From Escherichia phage tootiki: a DNA stretch of 64,000 nt. Shown piece by piece: positions 1 to 10,893 of the stretch; the stretch's first letter is position 1; each line of letters begins with the position of its first letter. The position numbers and the translations under genes were made by a program. The stretch is from sequence record MN850647.1. The stretch is one strand, 5' to 3'. The notes beneath the pieces were generated by a model. That model worked only from the letters and a program-made list of their open reading frames with translations. It was not told the origin of the DNA and did not search any database.

Positions 1-1393
1 AATAATCTTACAGTCTAAGCTATTAACAAGATAGTCAACAAACTCCAGCAAGTTATCTTGGTCAATTGCCCCTTGATGGTCTACGATGTGGATACGACGA
101 CCTTTAGACAGTTCTGCGTGTGCTTCCTTCAATTCATCCCAATCGCGTTCGTCATAAGGAATCTCAGAAATCTGCTTGCTAAGGTGGATTGCACAAAGCA
201 TCTCCATCAACTCTTCATAGGTATCTTCTACAGGAATTACACCAATATTGTAATCGGTTTCTTTCCAAGCTGTGTAAATCATTTCACGAGTGTATGCAGA
301 TTTACCCACTGAAGAGGGTGCTGCCAGAGTTGTAATCTCACCTAAACCATAACCGCCATAAGTCAGTCTGTTCAAATCTCCGAATGATTCTGGGAAAGGA
401 ATCAATGGAATCTGACCACGATTCTTCATTGCCTCAAAACCATCTGCGAAGTTCTTGATACCGGCAGGGCAGTAACGGGGTGCATTGTATATACGCTGCT
501 TAAACCCTTCAAGAACTGTATCTTTCTCTTTATAGAACTTTGTCCACCATTCGTTAAGGTCTTTTACACCCTCTGGATACTGGAATAAACGAACCTTCTC
601 GATAGGGAGAATGCCAGCAGCCTCTTTAGTGGCTTTAGCACCTGCTTCATCGTTATCAAAGCACAAGTAAATCTCATCAAATGATGTGATGTACTGATAG
701 TTGTCTTTGATAGACTTAATGTTTGCACCTGATGGTACAGATACGTGACAGTAATTCTTACGACGAGACTTATCTTTAATCGCAAGAGAAGTCATATAGA
801 TTGCTGTCGCACATTCCATCTCACCTTCCCAGATGAATAGACGGTTACCACCTTCTGGAGCAATCCATGAACCGAACATTGCCAGTTCACCTTTAATGTC
901 TCCAACACCACCAGAAAAGTCTTTTAGCTTACCACGTAGGTGCTCTTTTGGATGGTCTTCTGGGTAACGGTGACGAACACGGTAACCAACATGCTCTAGC
1001 TTACCATCTTCATTACGTTTGTAAGTTGGATAGAAATGCGCATCAATTTCACCGTCACTGTCAATGTCAACCTTGATACCTAAGCGTTCAAGGACTTTTG
1101 CAGGAATCTTCCTGTCTTTCAAGTCCATTGCTTCTAGGTTTTCTTTTACATCGTCTAAATCCATTCCACGGAAAGTACGGTTTTTGTTATCTGAACCAGT
1201 AGAATAAGTGCTCACGATTTGTCCTTTATCAAAATCCCACTCTGGGAAACCTTTGTTACAGCTAAAGCAAGTCATCGAATAAGAATCATCGTCATGATGA
1301 TAGATTGAACCAGCATCTGATGAACCACAACGTGGACATGCACAATGACCAATAAACTGACCAGCCTCTTTCAATTTACGACCTTTAGACATT
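1..1393 (-). CDS. DNA primase-helicase (T7 gp4-like), partial; start codon at 1393, continues beyond window start
   Basis: Minus-strand translation from ATG at 1393 gives a Cys4 zinc-binding region (CPRCGSSD...CFSC), a TOPRIM-like acidic motif (CFDNDEAG) and Walker A (APSSVGKS); no stop before coordinate 1. Confidence 0.8.
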
Positions 1394-1585
1394 AGCACCT
1401 CTTCGTTGTAGTTCTGCCTTCAATCCATTTTCAATCTTGTCCAGTTCATGAATTTCATCTGCAATCTCTTTCCTTCGTGATTCAACTCTCTTAAGACGTT
1501 CAATCATTACCTCATTGGAAAGAGATGAGAGTTCCACTAAACGGTGGTCAATAACTTTAAAATTGTCTTTTACTCTCATCTTCAT
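1385..1585 (-). CDS. hypothetical small protein
   Basis: 66-aa ORF, charged helical sequence, co-oriented with neighbours. Confidence 0.45.
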   Translation of the reverse strand: MKMRVKDNFKVIDHRLVELSSLSNEVMIERLKRVESRRKEIADEIHELDKIENGLKAELQRRGANV

Positions 1586-1593
1586 TCTCTCTT

Positions 1594-2337
1594 TTAAATC
1601 TTCAGGATAGCTCTTAGCTTACTTTCAAGGTCTGCAAGAGTACCATTATTATGGATAATGTCACGCGCATATTTGGTAGAAATTCCATTTTCTGAAACAT
1701 GTGATGAAACCTTGTCCACATTGTCTCTTTTTACTTCAATAGTCTGGTGTGCAAATCTACTCAGCCACTCAGCTTCAGAGTCAAACCTTAAGTCACTGAT
1801 TAAAACAACACCCTCTTGATTCATAAGTGAACAAGATTCAAAGAAGCGAGCCATTCGTTTTTCAAGGTCTTTAGCCCAGAATTTGTCACCCATAACTTTA
1901 CGGATGACTTCAGTACCCCAAATCTGTTGAATTTGTCTTGATGAGAATTTATACTTGTTGCTAAATCCTAGACGTGTTAATAGAGTCGGTTTAGCAATCT
2001 TCTTAAGCTCCATGATTAATCGTCCGGTTAGTTCTGACATAAGCTTAAAATCCATATGGTAACGTTCATCTTTGAAGGTAAACTCCATAGCTTCTGTAAC
2101 TTTGAACATCAATTCAGGATATGATAAATCAAAAACCTGTGGAGTCTCTTTAGTTTCACCATACAGGTCATTCCAAGTTAGGTCAAATATCTTTGATGCA
2201 GATAGTTTAAGGTTGTCTGCATAGGCCATTACTGCAACATTGTAGCCGTACTCATCCTCTAAGATGTTCTTCACAATAGAACACGAGGTGTCTTTTCCAG
2301 AACGTGCCTTTCCAGTAAATGCGATAATATTACTCAT
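1594..2337 (-). CDS. deoxynucleoside monophosphate kinase (T4 gp1-like)
   Basis: N-terminal P-loop FTGKARSGKDT and C-terminal NGTLADLESKLRAILKI closely resemble T4 gp1 (SGVKRSGKDT ... DGSLEELFSKIKNTLKVL). Confidence 0.75.
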   Translation of the reverse strand: MSNIIAFTGKARSGKDTSCSIVKNILEDEYGYNVAVMAYADNLKLSASKIFDLTWNDLYGETKETPQVFDLSYPELMFKVTEAMEFTFKDERYHMDFKLMSELTGRLIMELKKIAKPTLLTRLGFSNKYKFSSRQIQQIWGTEVIRKVMGDKFWAKDLEKRMARFFESCSLMNQEGVVLISDLRFDSEAEWLSRFAHQTIEVKRDNVDKVSSHVSENGISTKYARDIIHNNGTLADLESKLRAILKI

Positions 2338-2398
2338 TTTATCTCCCTTAATTACTAAAAAGCCCCCAACTAAGGAGGCTTGTAAGATTTATAAAGAC

Positions 2399-3199
2399 TT
2401 AGTGCAGTTGGTCAGCATACTCTTTTTCAGCCATAGCTGAGATTTGCTTCACAAAATCATCACCGAAGTTAATGCGTAGTTTTTCTTCAATGATTGAAGC
2501 ACCAATGTTCACCAAAACATCATTGATGGCTTGCATACTAACGCCACCAGTCATCTCCTCAATGAACTCAATACTTACACCCATCATCTGTGAAAGTTGG
2601 ATTAGTGCAACGATATTCATCATCGTAGAGATAGCTGGAATCATCAGTGCAACTTTCACCTGAAGTGGTTCTATATCAGCTACAGAGTCATTTTCAACAG
2701 CTTCTTCCAAAGAATCTTTGGTTTGCTGGATAATTTCTTGGATTCGTGGGTTTAGTTCTTCTACCCCCCAATCAAGTTTTTCATATCGTGACAGCTTCTC
2801 TCCCATTCGCTTCTCAAGAGCAGCCATAACAGCACTTGTTGATGAAATTATCATGGAAATTAACTCATTATTACCTAATGACAGTAATAAGTCCTTTTCT
2901 TCAGAGTTAAGGGAGATATAGTCATTTTTCTGCATCTCCTTAAAAATGAACTCTGCAAGAGCATCAACACCTACGACTATAGATGCTAAAGCAAGTGTAG
3001 TGTCTGTCAACATCATGTTAACCTGTTCTGCAAAAGCACCATTATCAGACTTGTCTTCAGGCAAGTTATAGCTTGAAGGCATAAACTGTTCTGTGTAGTT
3101 GTTCCCACGAAGAATCATAGCCATGCTTTCTACGGCATTGATTAAAAATGCTTCGTCAATACCTTTTTCTTCAAGCATCTTTTCTACATCGATATTCAT
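2399..3199 (-). CDS. hypothetical protein
   Basis: 266-aa ORF, tightly packed with neighbours. Confidence 0.6.
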   Translation of the reverse strand: MNIDVEKMLEEKGIDEAFLINAVESMAMILRGNNYTEQFMPSSYNLPEDKSDNGAFAEQVNMMLTDTTLALASIVVGVDALAEFIFKEMQKNDYISLNSEEKDLLLSLGNNELISMIISSTSAVMAALEKRMGEKLSRYEKLDWGVEELNPRIQEIIQQTKDSLEEAVENDSVADIEPLQVKVALMIPAISTMMNIVALIQLSQMMGVSIEFIEEMTGGVSMQAINDVLVNIGASIIEEKLRINFGDDFVKQISAMAEKEYADQLH

Positions 3200-3200
3200 A

Positions 3201-3623
3201 TTATTTCTCTCTCAGTTGGTTAAGTTTCTTTCTAGAACATTTTAAGTTTTCGGATGAAGAAAAGTCAAGTGTCTTTTCAGAACGTGGATAATAGTGCCTA
3301 TCCCAAGAAGTTTCAACATCGTTAATCAGTGACGCTAGATTACACAGGTCTGTACCACTTTGCAACCTCTTTTTAAGAGAGTCTAGTAAAGCAACTGTGT
3401 CTTTAGCTTTACGTCTCGCTGTAGCAACATCTTTCATATGCTCAAATACAGAGCATTTTAAGTCATCTTCATAGTTTTCAGACAACTCTATTTCATGTTG
3501 TATATCAACCATCCTCCTGTGATGGTGAGCATATTCCCGTTGAGCAGCAATGTCAAGTTCTTCCAACTTCTGCAAAGCTCTAACAAAGTCAGCTATGTCT
3601 GGGTGAACAAACATTTTCTGCAT
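3201..3623 (-). CDS. hypothetical protein
   Basis: 140-aa ORF. Confidence 0.6.
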   Translation of the reverse strand: MQKMFVHPDIADFVRALQKLEELDIAAQREYAHHHRRMVDIQHEIELSENYEDDLKCSVFEHMKDVATARRKAKDTVALLDSLKKRLQSGTDLCNLASLINDVETSWDRHYYPRSEKTLDFSSSENLKCSRKKLNQLREK

Positions 3624-3796
3624 GTAAGCCTCTTTTAAGTAACTATTAAGTTTTAATCTTTTATCTTAACGTATTCTATACGTTATACTTTAAAGCTTTT
3701 TAAAAGCTATTAAATAATCTTTTAAGAGTTTTAAAGTATCTGTATAGTTAAACTGTTAAGTAACCTTTTAAGTAAAAACCCACTTCGCAAAGATTA

Positions 3797-3821
3797 ACAC
3801 CTTGTCAAGTACATTGTCAAC
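3797..3821 (+). promoter_or_regulatory. conserved 25-bp element ACACCTTGTCAAGTACATTGTCAAC in a divergent intergenic region
   Basis: Near-identical copy at 46371-46395; both preceded by CCTTTTAAGT and located between divergent operons. Confidence 0.45.
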
Positions 3822-3880
3822 TTGCTTTTTATAATTTTTTGCAGTAATGTATGAGGTTAATGATTTTAGAGGGAGTAAAA

Positions 3881-6023
3881 ATGGAAAACGTAGATTTTAA
3901 AAACTTACATTTGGTTGGTGATACAGAAACTGATGGTTTACTCCTTGAGTTCACTAAAGTTCACGTAATGGCCTTTGCAGACTATAAATCTGACGATGAA
4001 GAGCCACCTGTATGGGTCTTTACAGATGAGCCTATCCTCGGTCACAAGTACACTAAGTACATTAAGGGTGGTTTACGTGAAGGTGTTGAGTTTGCGTTAA
4101 AGGCAAAACGACTTTGTATCCATAACGGCCTCGGTTATGACTGGTGGGTCTTCAATCACATTGCACCGGATTTATGGAACTTTGATAATCCAAAATGTAA
4201 GCCGTGGAGTAATTTCTTTCAGGATTCTCTTATTCAGTCTCGTGTTCAGTGGATGGATAGACCAACTCCAAAGGGTTATAAAGGTGCTCATGGTTTGGCT
4301 GCATGGGGTGCTCGTGTTGGTGTTCGTAAACCAGAGATTGAGCATTGGGGTGTATGGAATGCAGAAATCTTCACTCGTGTTGTAGAAGATATCCGTATTA
4401 ATGCCAAAACTAAACGGGCACTTGATAACGAGTATCTCAAGCTTAAGAAGTGTGGTATAGACACTTATGAGACTTACATGCGAGCTAAAGAGACATCTTT
4501 CTGGATGAGCCAGCAAGCTATCAATGGTTGGAAAGCTGATAAGGAGCTTATGGAGTTCCATGTAAAGGAACTTGACAAGTTGACTAATGAGCTTGCTTCA
4601 GAGGTTGAACCACATCTACCTCCAACTATTAAGACCAAAGGTAAAGTGACTGGAGAAGAGTTTGCAAAAGCTTGGAATGAGTATGTTGAAACATTTGGTC
4701 ATGCAGATGGACTGAAGAGAATTACCAAGTACCCTAAGACAAAGTACCGTCAGCAGGTACGTAACGGTGAGATGCAGACATACGAAATCAAACCATTTGG
4801 TAAGCCAACTACAAAGATTTTTAATATTGAAAAGAGAAATTGCTATACACCAACCAACTCTGTAACTGGTGAAGAGTACAAAGAGGGTTTTGTAGCGATG
4901 AAGGATGCTCGTGCAATCTGCAACGAGTTGAATGCAAAGATTGGCAAAAAATGCAAAGACTGGAAACCAGTAAAAACAGTCAAGACTGTGAAGTACTATA
5001 ACAGTCACGTTGTCAATCACTTTGAACTTGAGTCAAGTCGCTACACAGGTTTGATTGATGCACCATATACACCAATTGAGTTTGAAGTTTCTCGTATGAC
5101 TCAGGTAGCAGTTGTTAAAGACTACTTGAAATCAGTTGGTTGGATTCCAGATGACTGGAATTACAAGAAAGACTCAGATGGTCGCCCTATCAAAGTTTGT
5201 CGTTTCAAAGACAATAAAAAGATGATTACAAAGCATCCTAAGTGGCAGGAAATGGTTGAGCGGTGTGGTTTGAGTTATGTTGAACATGAAGGTGTACAGT
5301 ACATCGAGCATAACTGGTCTGTGAAGAAATACACAGATTTGCTTGAACCTTGCTTAATCCGTACTTCACCAAAACTTACTGAGTCATCTTATGATACGAT
5401 TGAAGGTGAACTTGGACAGAAGATTGCTAAGTACTACACTTTGATGCACCGACGCAGAACTATTGAGAACTCAAAGGATGATGAAAAAGGTTGGTTGAAC
5501 CAGATTCGTCCTGATGGTCGCCTTAGTGCTGGTGCAATGGTATTTGGTACTTCAACTGGACGTATGACACAATATGGTATTGTAAACGTACCGTCTGGTG
5601 CTGCTGTCTATGGAGCACCTATGAGGGAGGTGTGGACTTGTGAAGATGGTACAGATATCATCTCCGTAGACCAAAACTCAGCCCAGCTAGTTCTTCTTTG
5701 TAACTTTATGGGTGATGAAGACTTCACTAAAGCAGTAACCGAGGGTAAAGAGTCAGTAGAGTTCACTAAGCAAGATGATGGTAGGTACTACTGTAAGCAT
5801 CTTGACAAGTATCTTAACCCAGAAACTGACAAGTATCTGCGTTATGATGCTGAGAATGACCTCTATGAAGTCTACACAGGGACTGATGCGCATACACTGA
5901 ACAGTATTTACTTTGGTCTGAACAAGGAAGAAGATATTGTTCGTTGTAGGGAGACACAGGATGATGAGCTTCTTCACGAGATTACAAAAGGTCGTAAGAA
6001 GGCTAAGAATGGCATTTATGCGT
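3881..6023 (+). CDS. DNA polymerase, family A (T7 gp5-like), exon 1 (3'-5' exonuclease and N-terminal polymerase domain)
   Basis: ATG at 3881 after GGAGG; Exo I motif LVGDTETDGL; reading frame ends inside motif B (RKKAKNGIYA) and is followed by an in-frame stop at 6062. Confidence 0.85.
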
Positions 6024-6291
6024 CAGTGGCGCATGTAAAACGTTGTGAATTGCTGGAAGCCTAAGTCTGTAAAGATATGGTAATCAGCAGCGAAGCCTCT
6101 TAAGAGGAACGTTCAGAGACTATCGAAAAGCATACTTAACGTATGAACTGAGTAGAGTAGGGTGGTAAGCTAATGACCATCCCCAAGTGCAACGGTAGCA
6201 CCACTGCTACGTGATATAGTCCGACACTCCGTAGAAATGCGGAGAAGTTCATAAGAGAACTGGTACACCTTGCGAGTGTATTGACCAGATG
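6024..6291 (+). ncRNA. group I self-splicing intron (ORF-less) interrupting the DNA polymerase gene
   Basis: Q-like AATCAGCAGC (6082-6091), R element GTTCAGAGACTA (6111-6122), S element GATATAGTCC (6213-6222); 5' exon ATGCGU can pair with intron GCGCAU (6029-6034) as P1 with U.G at the splice site; intron ends in G at 6291. Confidence 0.65.
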
Positions 6292-6848
6292 TATTGTTCG
6301 GGGCTGGAGACGAGAAGTTTGCAAAAACTATCAAGGCATCATCTACGGAAGAAGGTGCATTGACTAAACAAACTTACTTTGTGCGTCTACCTAAGATTAA
6401 AAAACTGCTTGATAGACTAGAGGAAGACTTCAAAGCAACTAAGAAAGCACTTGAAGAGGTTTTCGGAAAAACTTCTGCAATTGCCAAAGGTGGTTATATC
6501 AAAGTTGCTGGAGCGTGGTTATGGTGTAAATCTCCACATAAGTTATTGAATTACACACTTATGGGCAGTGAGGCGCAGGTGCAGAATGAAGGTATTAACT
6601 TGGCTAACAGAGAGTTAACAGAGCGAAAACTCACAGTCCTAAATGGTAGGAAACCAGCTATTGGTGCTAGATGGGTCTGTAGTTACCACGATGAGGTATC
6701 TTTAGAGGTTCCAACCAAAGATGTACCTGATGTTAAGGAGATTATTGATAGAATGTATGGTCAAGCGTCAAAAAATCTTGGATTAAAGAGTAAGACGCTT
6801 GTTACAGGCACTGGTAAGGTAGGTAAGACATGGTACGCCGTACACTAA
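6292..6848 (+). CDS. DNA polymerase, family A, exon 2 (motif B second half and motif C)
   Basis: Spliced junction restores KNGIYA-LLFGAGDEK (T7 gp5: KTFIYGFLYGAGDEK); motif C SYHDEV; C-terminus KTWYAVH resembles T7 NWAICH. Confidence 0.8.
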
Positions 6849-7333
6849 CACTTCAAGATTACAAGGATAATTTTATTTACGACCCCGACAAAGGGGTCTT
6901 CTACAACAAGTATGACAGGAATAGACAAGCTAAAGCTGGGCAGATTGCCGGAGGTGCTGATGCTTACGGTTACAAAGTACTTAAATTCAAAGATGTCGTA
7001 ATAAAAATTCATCACCTCGTTTGGTGGTTTGAACATGGTTACAAACCCACTAAGATGATAGACCACATTGATGGTAACAGAAGTAATAATCACATTTCTA
7101 ATCTGAGGGAGACTGATAAATACGGAAATGCTCAAAATAGAGTAAAGCAGACGACTAACAAATCAGGTTACAAGGGTGTACATTACTTTAAAGACTGCAA
7201 TAAGTGGAGGGCAGCTATAACATGCAGAGGTAAAAGGACATCACTTGGTTTATTTGACACACCTGAAGAAGCCCATAAAGCTTACTGTGAAGCTGCTGTA
7301 AAACTCCACGGAGAGTTTGCAAAACTAAGTTGA
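6830..7333 (+). CDS. HNH homing endonuclease with AP2-like DNA-binding domain
   Basis: HHLVWWFEHGYKP...IDHIDGNRSNNHISNL HNH core plus C-terminal YKGVHYFK...WRAAI...LGLFDTPEEAHKAY AP2-like region. Confidence 0.7.
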   Translation: MVRRTLTLQDYKDNFIYDPDKGVFYNKYDRNRQAKAGQIAGGADAYGYKVLKFKDVVIKIHHLVWWFEHGYKPTKMIDHIDGNRSNNHISNLRETDKYGNAQNRVKQTTNKSGYKGVHYFKDCNKWRAAITCRGKRTSLGLFDTPEEAHKAYCEAAVKLHGEFAKLS

Positions 7334-7378
7334 CAAGGTGCTCATGGAAGAGTACCTTATACAATATCTTATATAGGA

Positions 7379-7594
7379 GTGATTATGAGCCACCGTGGAA
7401 GAACCCATGCAGCAATGATGAAAGGTGCTTCAAAGGAAACCATCAAGAATCGTAAGCAGAAGTTGTTTGAGAGAATGAACAGGCTAATTGATAATTCATC
7501 TCTTTCAGGTTCTGAGAAGGTTTTCTTGAAAGGTAATCTGAAAAGCATTGCACAAGAGCTTATTGACATTGAATATTGGAGACATCAAAAATGA
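7379..7594 (+). CDS. hypothetical protein
   Basis: 71-aa ORF preceded by GGAG. Confidence 0.5.
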   Translation: MIMSHRGRTHAAMMKGASKETIKNRKQKLFERMNRLIDNSSLSGSEKVFLKGNLKSIAQELIDIEYWRHQK

Positions 7595-7803
7595 CACTTG
7601 CAGACGTTATTCAGCAACTTCACGACAACTGCTACACCCCAGAGTTGATTCAAGAGATGCTTATTGTGGTGATGCCTAGTAAGTTCTTAAAAGGTTTTAA
7701 TAATGACTCTTTGAGGTCTGCGCATATCCTTATTGTTGATGGTAAGATTGCAAGGGACCGTACTGGAGTCCTTAAGGGCGAACGTATTAATATTAACCTC
7801 TAA
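7591..7803 (+). CDS. hypothetical protein
   Basis: ORF 7576..7803 trimmed to ATG 7591 preceded by GGAGA. Confidence 0.45.
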   Translation: MTLADVIQQLHDNCYTPELIQEMLIVVMPSKFLKGFNNDSLRSAHILIVDGKIARDRTGVLKGERININL

Positions 7804-7822
7804 ATATTGGAGATACCGAAAA

Positions 7823-7978
7823 TGAAACGCAAAGTTAAGTTTTTTAATTTATATGGAAGAGTTGGTAAAGGTTTTGACTGGCAACTGTTACGCTCAAATG
7901 TTAAAAGCAATGAATTAGCACCACTTATCATTCATTATCGACGTACATACAGAGAAGTAGAGCATCGTGAACAGTAAA
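7823..7978 (+). CDS. hypothetical small protein
   Basis: 51-codon ORF with GGAGA upstream; below the ORF track size cutoff. Confidence 0.3.
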
Positions 7979-7989
7979 CAGGGGTGTAT

Positions 7990-8227
7990 TATGTGGAAAT
8001 CAGTAATTGCGCTTGGTGTTATTTTTATATCTGGCTGCAACCCTTCTTATGAAGATAAAAATGCTTCTTACAGCCTCCCACCAGAGATGCAAGATTGCAG
8101 AGTATACAAGTTACATGGTGATGCTATAAGCAGAGATATTGTTGTTGTCAGATGTCCAAACTCCCAAACAACAACATCTTATAGCTATGGCAAAAATGGT
8201 CAATCACACACTACGGTTATTGAGTGA
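7990..8227 (+). CDS. putative lipoprotein
   Basis: Signal peptide with lipobox-like ISGC; start chosen at internal ATG 7990. Confidence 0.45.
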
Positions 8228-8238
8228 GGGTTTCACGA

Positions 8239-8444
8239 TGGAAGTCCTAGTAAACTATATCTATTGTTATGATGTTGTTCACTCTACTACAACGGTAGCT
8301 CAACGTAACCCAATCGTCCCACGAGAAGGTGAGTTGGTTCGCATTGATGGTTGGACTTACACTGTGGAAAGCATCATTCATAAGTTTGATGTTGCTGGTG
8401 ATGTTCAAGTTATTGACGTAGAAATTGGTGGCAAGAGGAAATGA
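8239..8444 (+). CDS. hypothetical protein
   Basis: ATG 8239 after GAGGG; 8139 start is less likely. Confidence 0.4.
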
Positions 8445-8632
8445 ACAAAGAAGATAAGCATAAAAATGCTGTACGGACTCCCGATGGAAAGATTCAGTCC
8501 TTCGTCCTGACAGTTGGTGGAAAGCCATTTCGTTGCCACTGCGGAACAAACTGTTTTCATAAACCAGATAAAAATGACTTAGAGCTTTACGCATGTAATG
8601 CTTGCAATACTTGGTATCACTCAGAGGAATAA
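8441..8632 (+). CDS. Cys-rich zinc-ribbon-like small protein
   Basis: CHCG...CNACN cysteine pairs. Confidence 0.5.
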   Translation: MNKEDKHKNAVRTPDGKIQSFVLTVGGKPFRCHCGTNCFHKPDKNDLELYACNACNTWYHSEE

Positions 8633-8634
8633 AA

Positions 8635-9738
8635 ATGACAATCCTATACAAACAAAATAAAGATGGCTCTTTCAACGTCTGGTCATGCGTTGCTGTAGGT
8701 GACAAAGTTATTACAACCTATGGTAAAGAAAATGGCAAGATGATGTTTGAAGAGTACACAGCAGAACCGAAAAACATCGGTAAAAAGAATGAGCGTAACG
8801 CTGAACAGCAAGCTCTCTTTGAAGTTGCTGCTAAGTATAAAAAGCAAGTTGACCGTAAAGGCTACGCTTACACAAAAGAGTCTGCAAAGAATACTGAGAA
8901 AGTAGGTGTACAACTTGCTCATGATGCTGCAAAGGTTAGTCATGCAAAGTATCTGAAGTTCCCTGCTGATGCTCAACCAAAACTTGATGGTGTACGTTGT
9001 AGAATTTCAAGACACTTAAGTATTGGCAGTGTATTTACAGCATATTCTCGTGAGAATACTGTTTACAAAATCCCTACTGAACTAATACCTGACATTATGG
9101 CAATGTTAAGGCTCCACAAAGATGTTGATGAATTTGATGGAGAGATTTATGCTCATGGGTGGGACTTAGAAGATATTGTCTCCATGATTAAAAATGAAGA
9201 CAATCCTGACAGACACTTACTTAAGTTCTACTGGTATGATATCTGTGACAGTACTAAAACGTGGCCTGAGCGTAGAGATATTATTGAGACTTCACCATTG
9301 AATGACTTTAGAGACGGCTGTAAAGTTGTCCCTGTTAAATCTCGTCGTGTAAATTCTTGGGAAGAGTTTGATGAAGCTCATGATAAGTGGGTTGAAGCTA
9401 AGTTTGAAGGTGCAATGTACCGTTCAATCTCTGAAGAATCTTTCTACGAGTGTGGTCACCGTTCATACTTCTTGATTAAACACAAGAAGATGCACACTGA
9501 AGAGTTTAAAGTGACTGGTGTAAAGACCGATAAGCGTGGTCATGGCAAGTTCGTTGTAGAGACTCTTCCTAATGTCTTTGTAGATGTTTCATGGAAAACT
9601 ACCCATGAGAAGAAGAAGTATCTTGCTGAACATCCTGAAGAGTTTATCGGGAAACCTTTAACGGTTCAGTTCCAGAAGATGACTCGTAAGGGGTCTTTAC
9701 AGTTCCCTGTAGGGCTAGTTATTAGGGATTATGAATAA
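8635..9738 (+). CDS. ATP-dependent DNA ligase
   Basis: Adenylation motif I KLDGVRC; start at ATG 8635 after AGGAA. Confidence 0.75.
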   Translation: MTILYKQNKDGSFNVWSCVAVGDKVITTYGKENGKMMFEEYTAEPKNIGKKNERNAEQQALFEVAAKYKKQVDRKGYAYTKESAKNTEKVGVQLAHDAAKVSHAKYLKFPADAQPKLDGVRCRISRHLSIGSVFTAYSRENTVYKIPTELIPDIMAMLRLHKDVDEFDGEIYAHGWDLEDIVSMIKNEDNPDRHLLKFYWYDICDSTKTWPERRDIIETSPLNDFRDGCKVVPVKSRRVNSWEEFDEAHDKWVEAKFEGAMYRSISEESFYECGHRSYFLIKHKKMHTEEFKVTGVKTDKRGHGKFVVETLPNVFVDVSWKTTHEKKKYLAEHPEEFIGKPLTVQFQKMTRKGSLQFPVGLVIRDYE

Positions 9739-9895
9739 ACTATGTTCAGTACAGTCATTCTGTTTATACTGGTTGTCTTTGTATTGTCATACGTTGCAAG
9801 TAAGCTTTTGGACACATCTTTTGCAATGGGTGTCTTGTTTACAATCTTTTGTTTCGTGACACATATAGCTATCAGAACTTTTTTATAAAAAGTTG

Positions 9896-9923
9896 TTGAC
9901 ATAGAAAATTTGGTGAGTATACT
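9896..9923 (+). promoter_or_regulatory. sigma70-type promoter candidate
   Basis: TTGACA (9896-9901), 16-nt spacer, TATACT (9918-9923), AT-rich upstream sequence. Confidence 0.5.
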
Positions 9924-9959
9924 GAGCAGCATAAACCAACGGGTACTCACCAACATCAC

Positions 9960-10230
9960 TTAAGAGTCTTTGAAAAGGGTTTTTTAAGTGATGTGGGGCG
10001 AGGCTCGGTGAGGTGGGGTAAGGCATAGTGCGGTGCTGTTTGGTATGGGTAGTTAGTCTCATCTACATTAAAATGAGACTTACCTTTTTAAAAGGTCTTT
10101 AAGAGGGTTTTTTAATGAGGTAGGGTAAAGTAATGCTTGGTCTGGTTTGGTAAGGTGCGGTCTGGTTTGGTAAGGTAAGGTTCGGTATGGTATGGGTGGA
10201 TGGTAGTATCCACGTTAAAAATCTACCAAG
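9960..10230. repeat. intergenic G/T-rich repeat region with GGTCTT-containing motif
   Basis: Tandem GGTCTGGTTTGGTAAGGT x2 (about 10138-10177), GGTAAGG/GGTATGG runs, AAAAGGTCTTTAAGAGGGTTTTTTAA box. Confidence 0.5.
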
Positions 10231-10285
10231 TTTCTAAAGAGTCTTCTGTTGAGGGTTCTTTACAAACAACTTAACAATCAACTAA

Positions 10286-10891
<606 letters not shown>

Positions 10892-10893
10892 TT

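Noticed and set aside
6024-6291. Intein or programmed frameshift as the explanation for the split polymerase
   Set aside because: An in-frame stop follows exon 1 and the gap contains group I intron Q, R and S elements and a P1 pairing; an intein would be in-frame coding sequence
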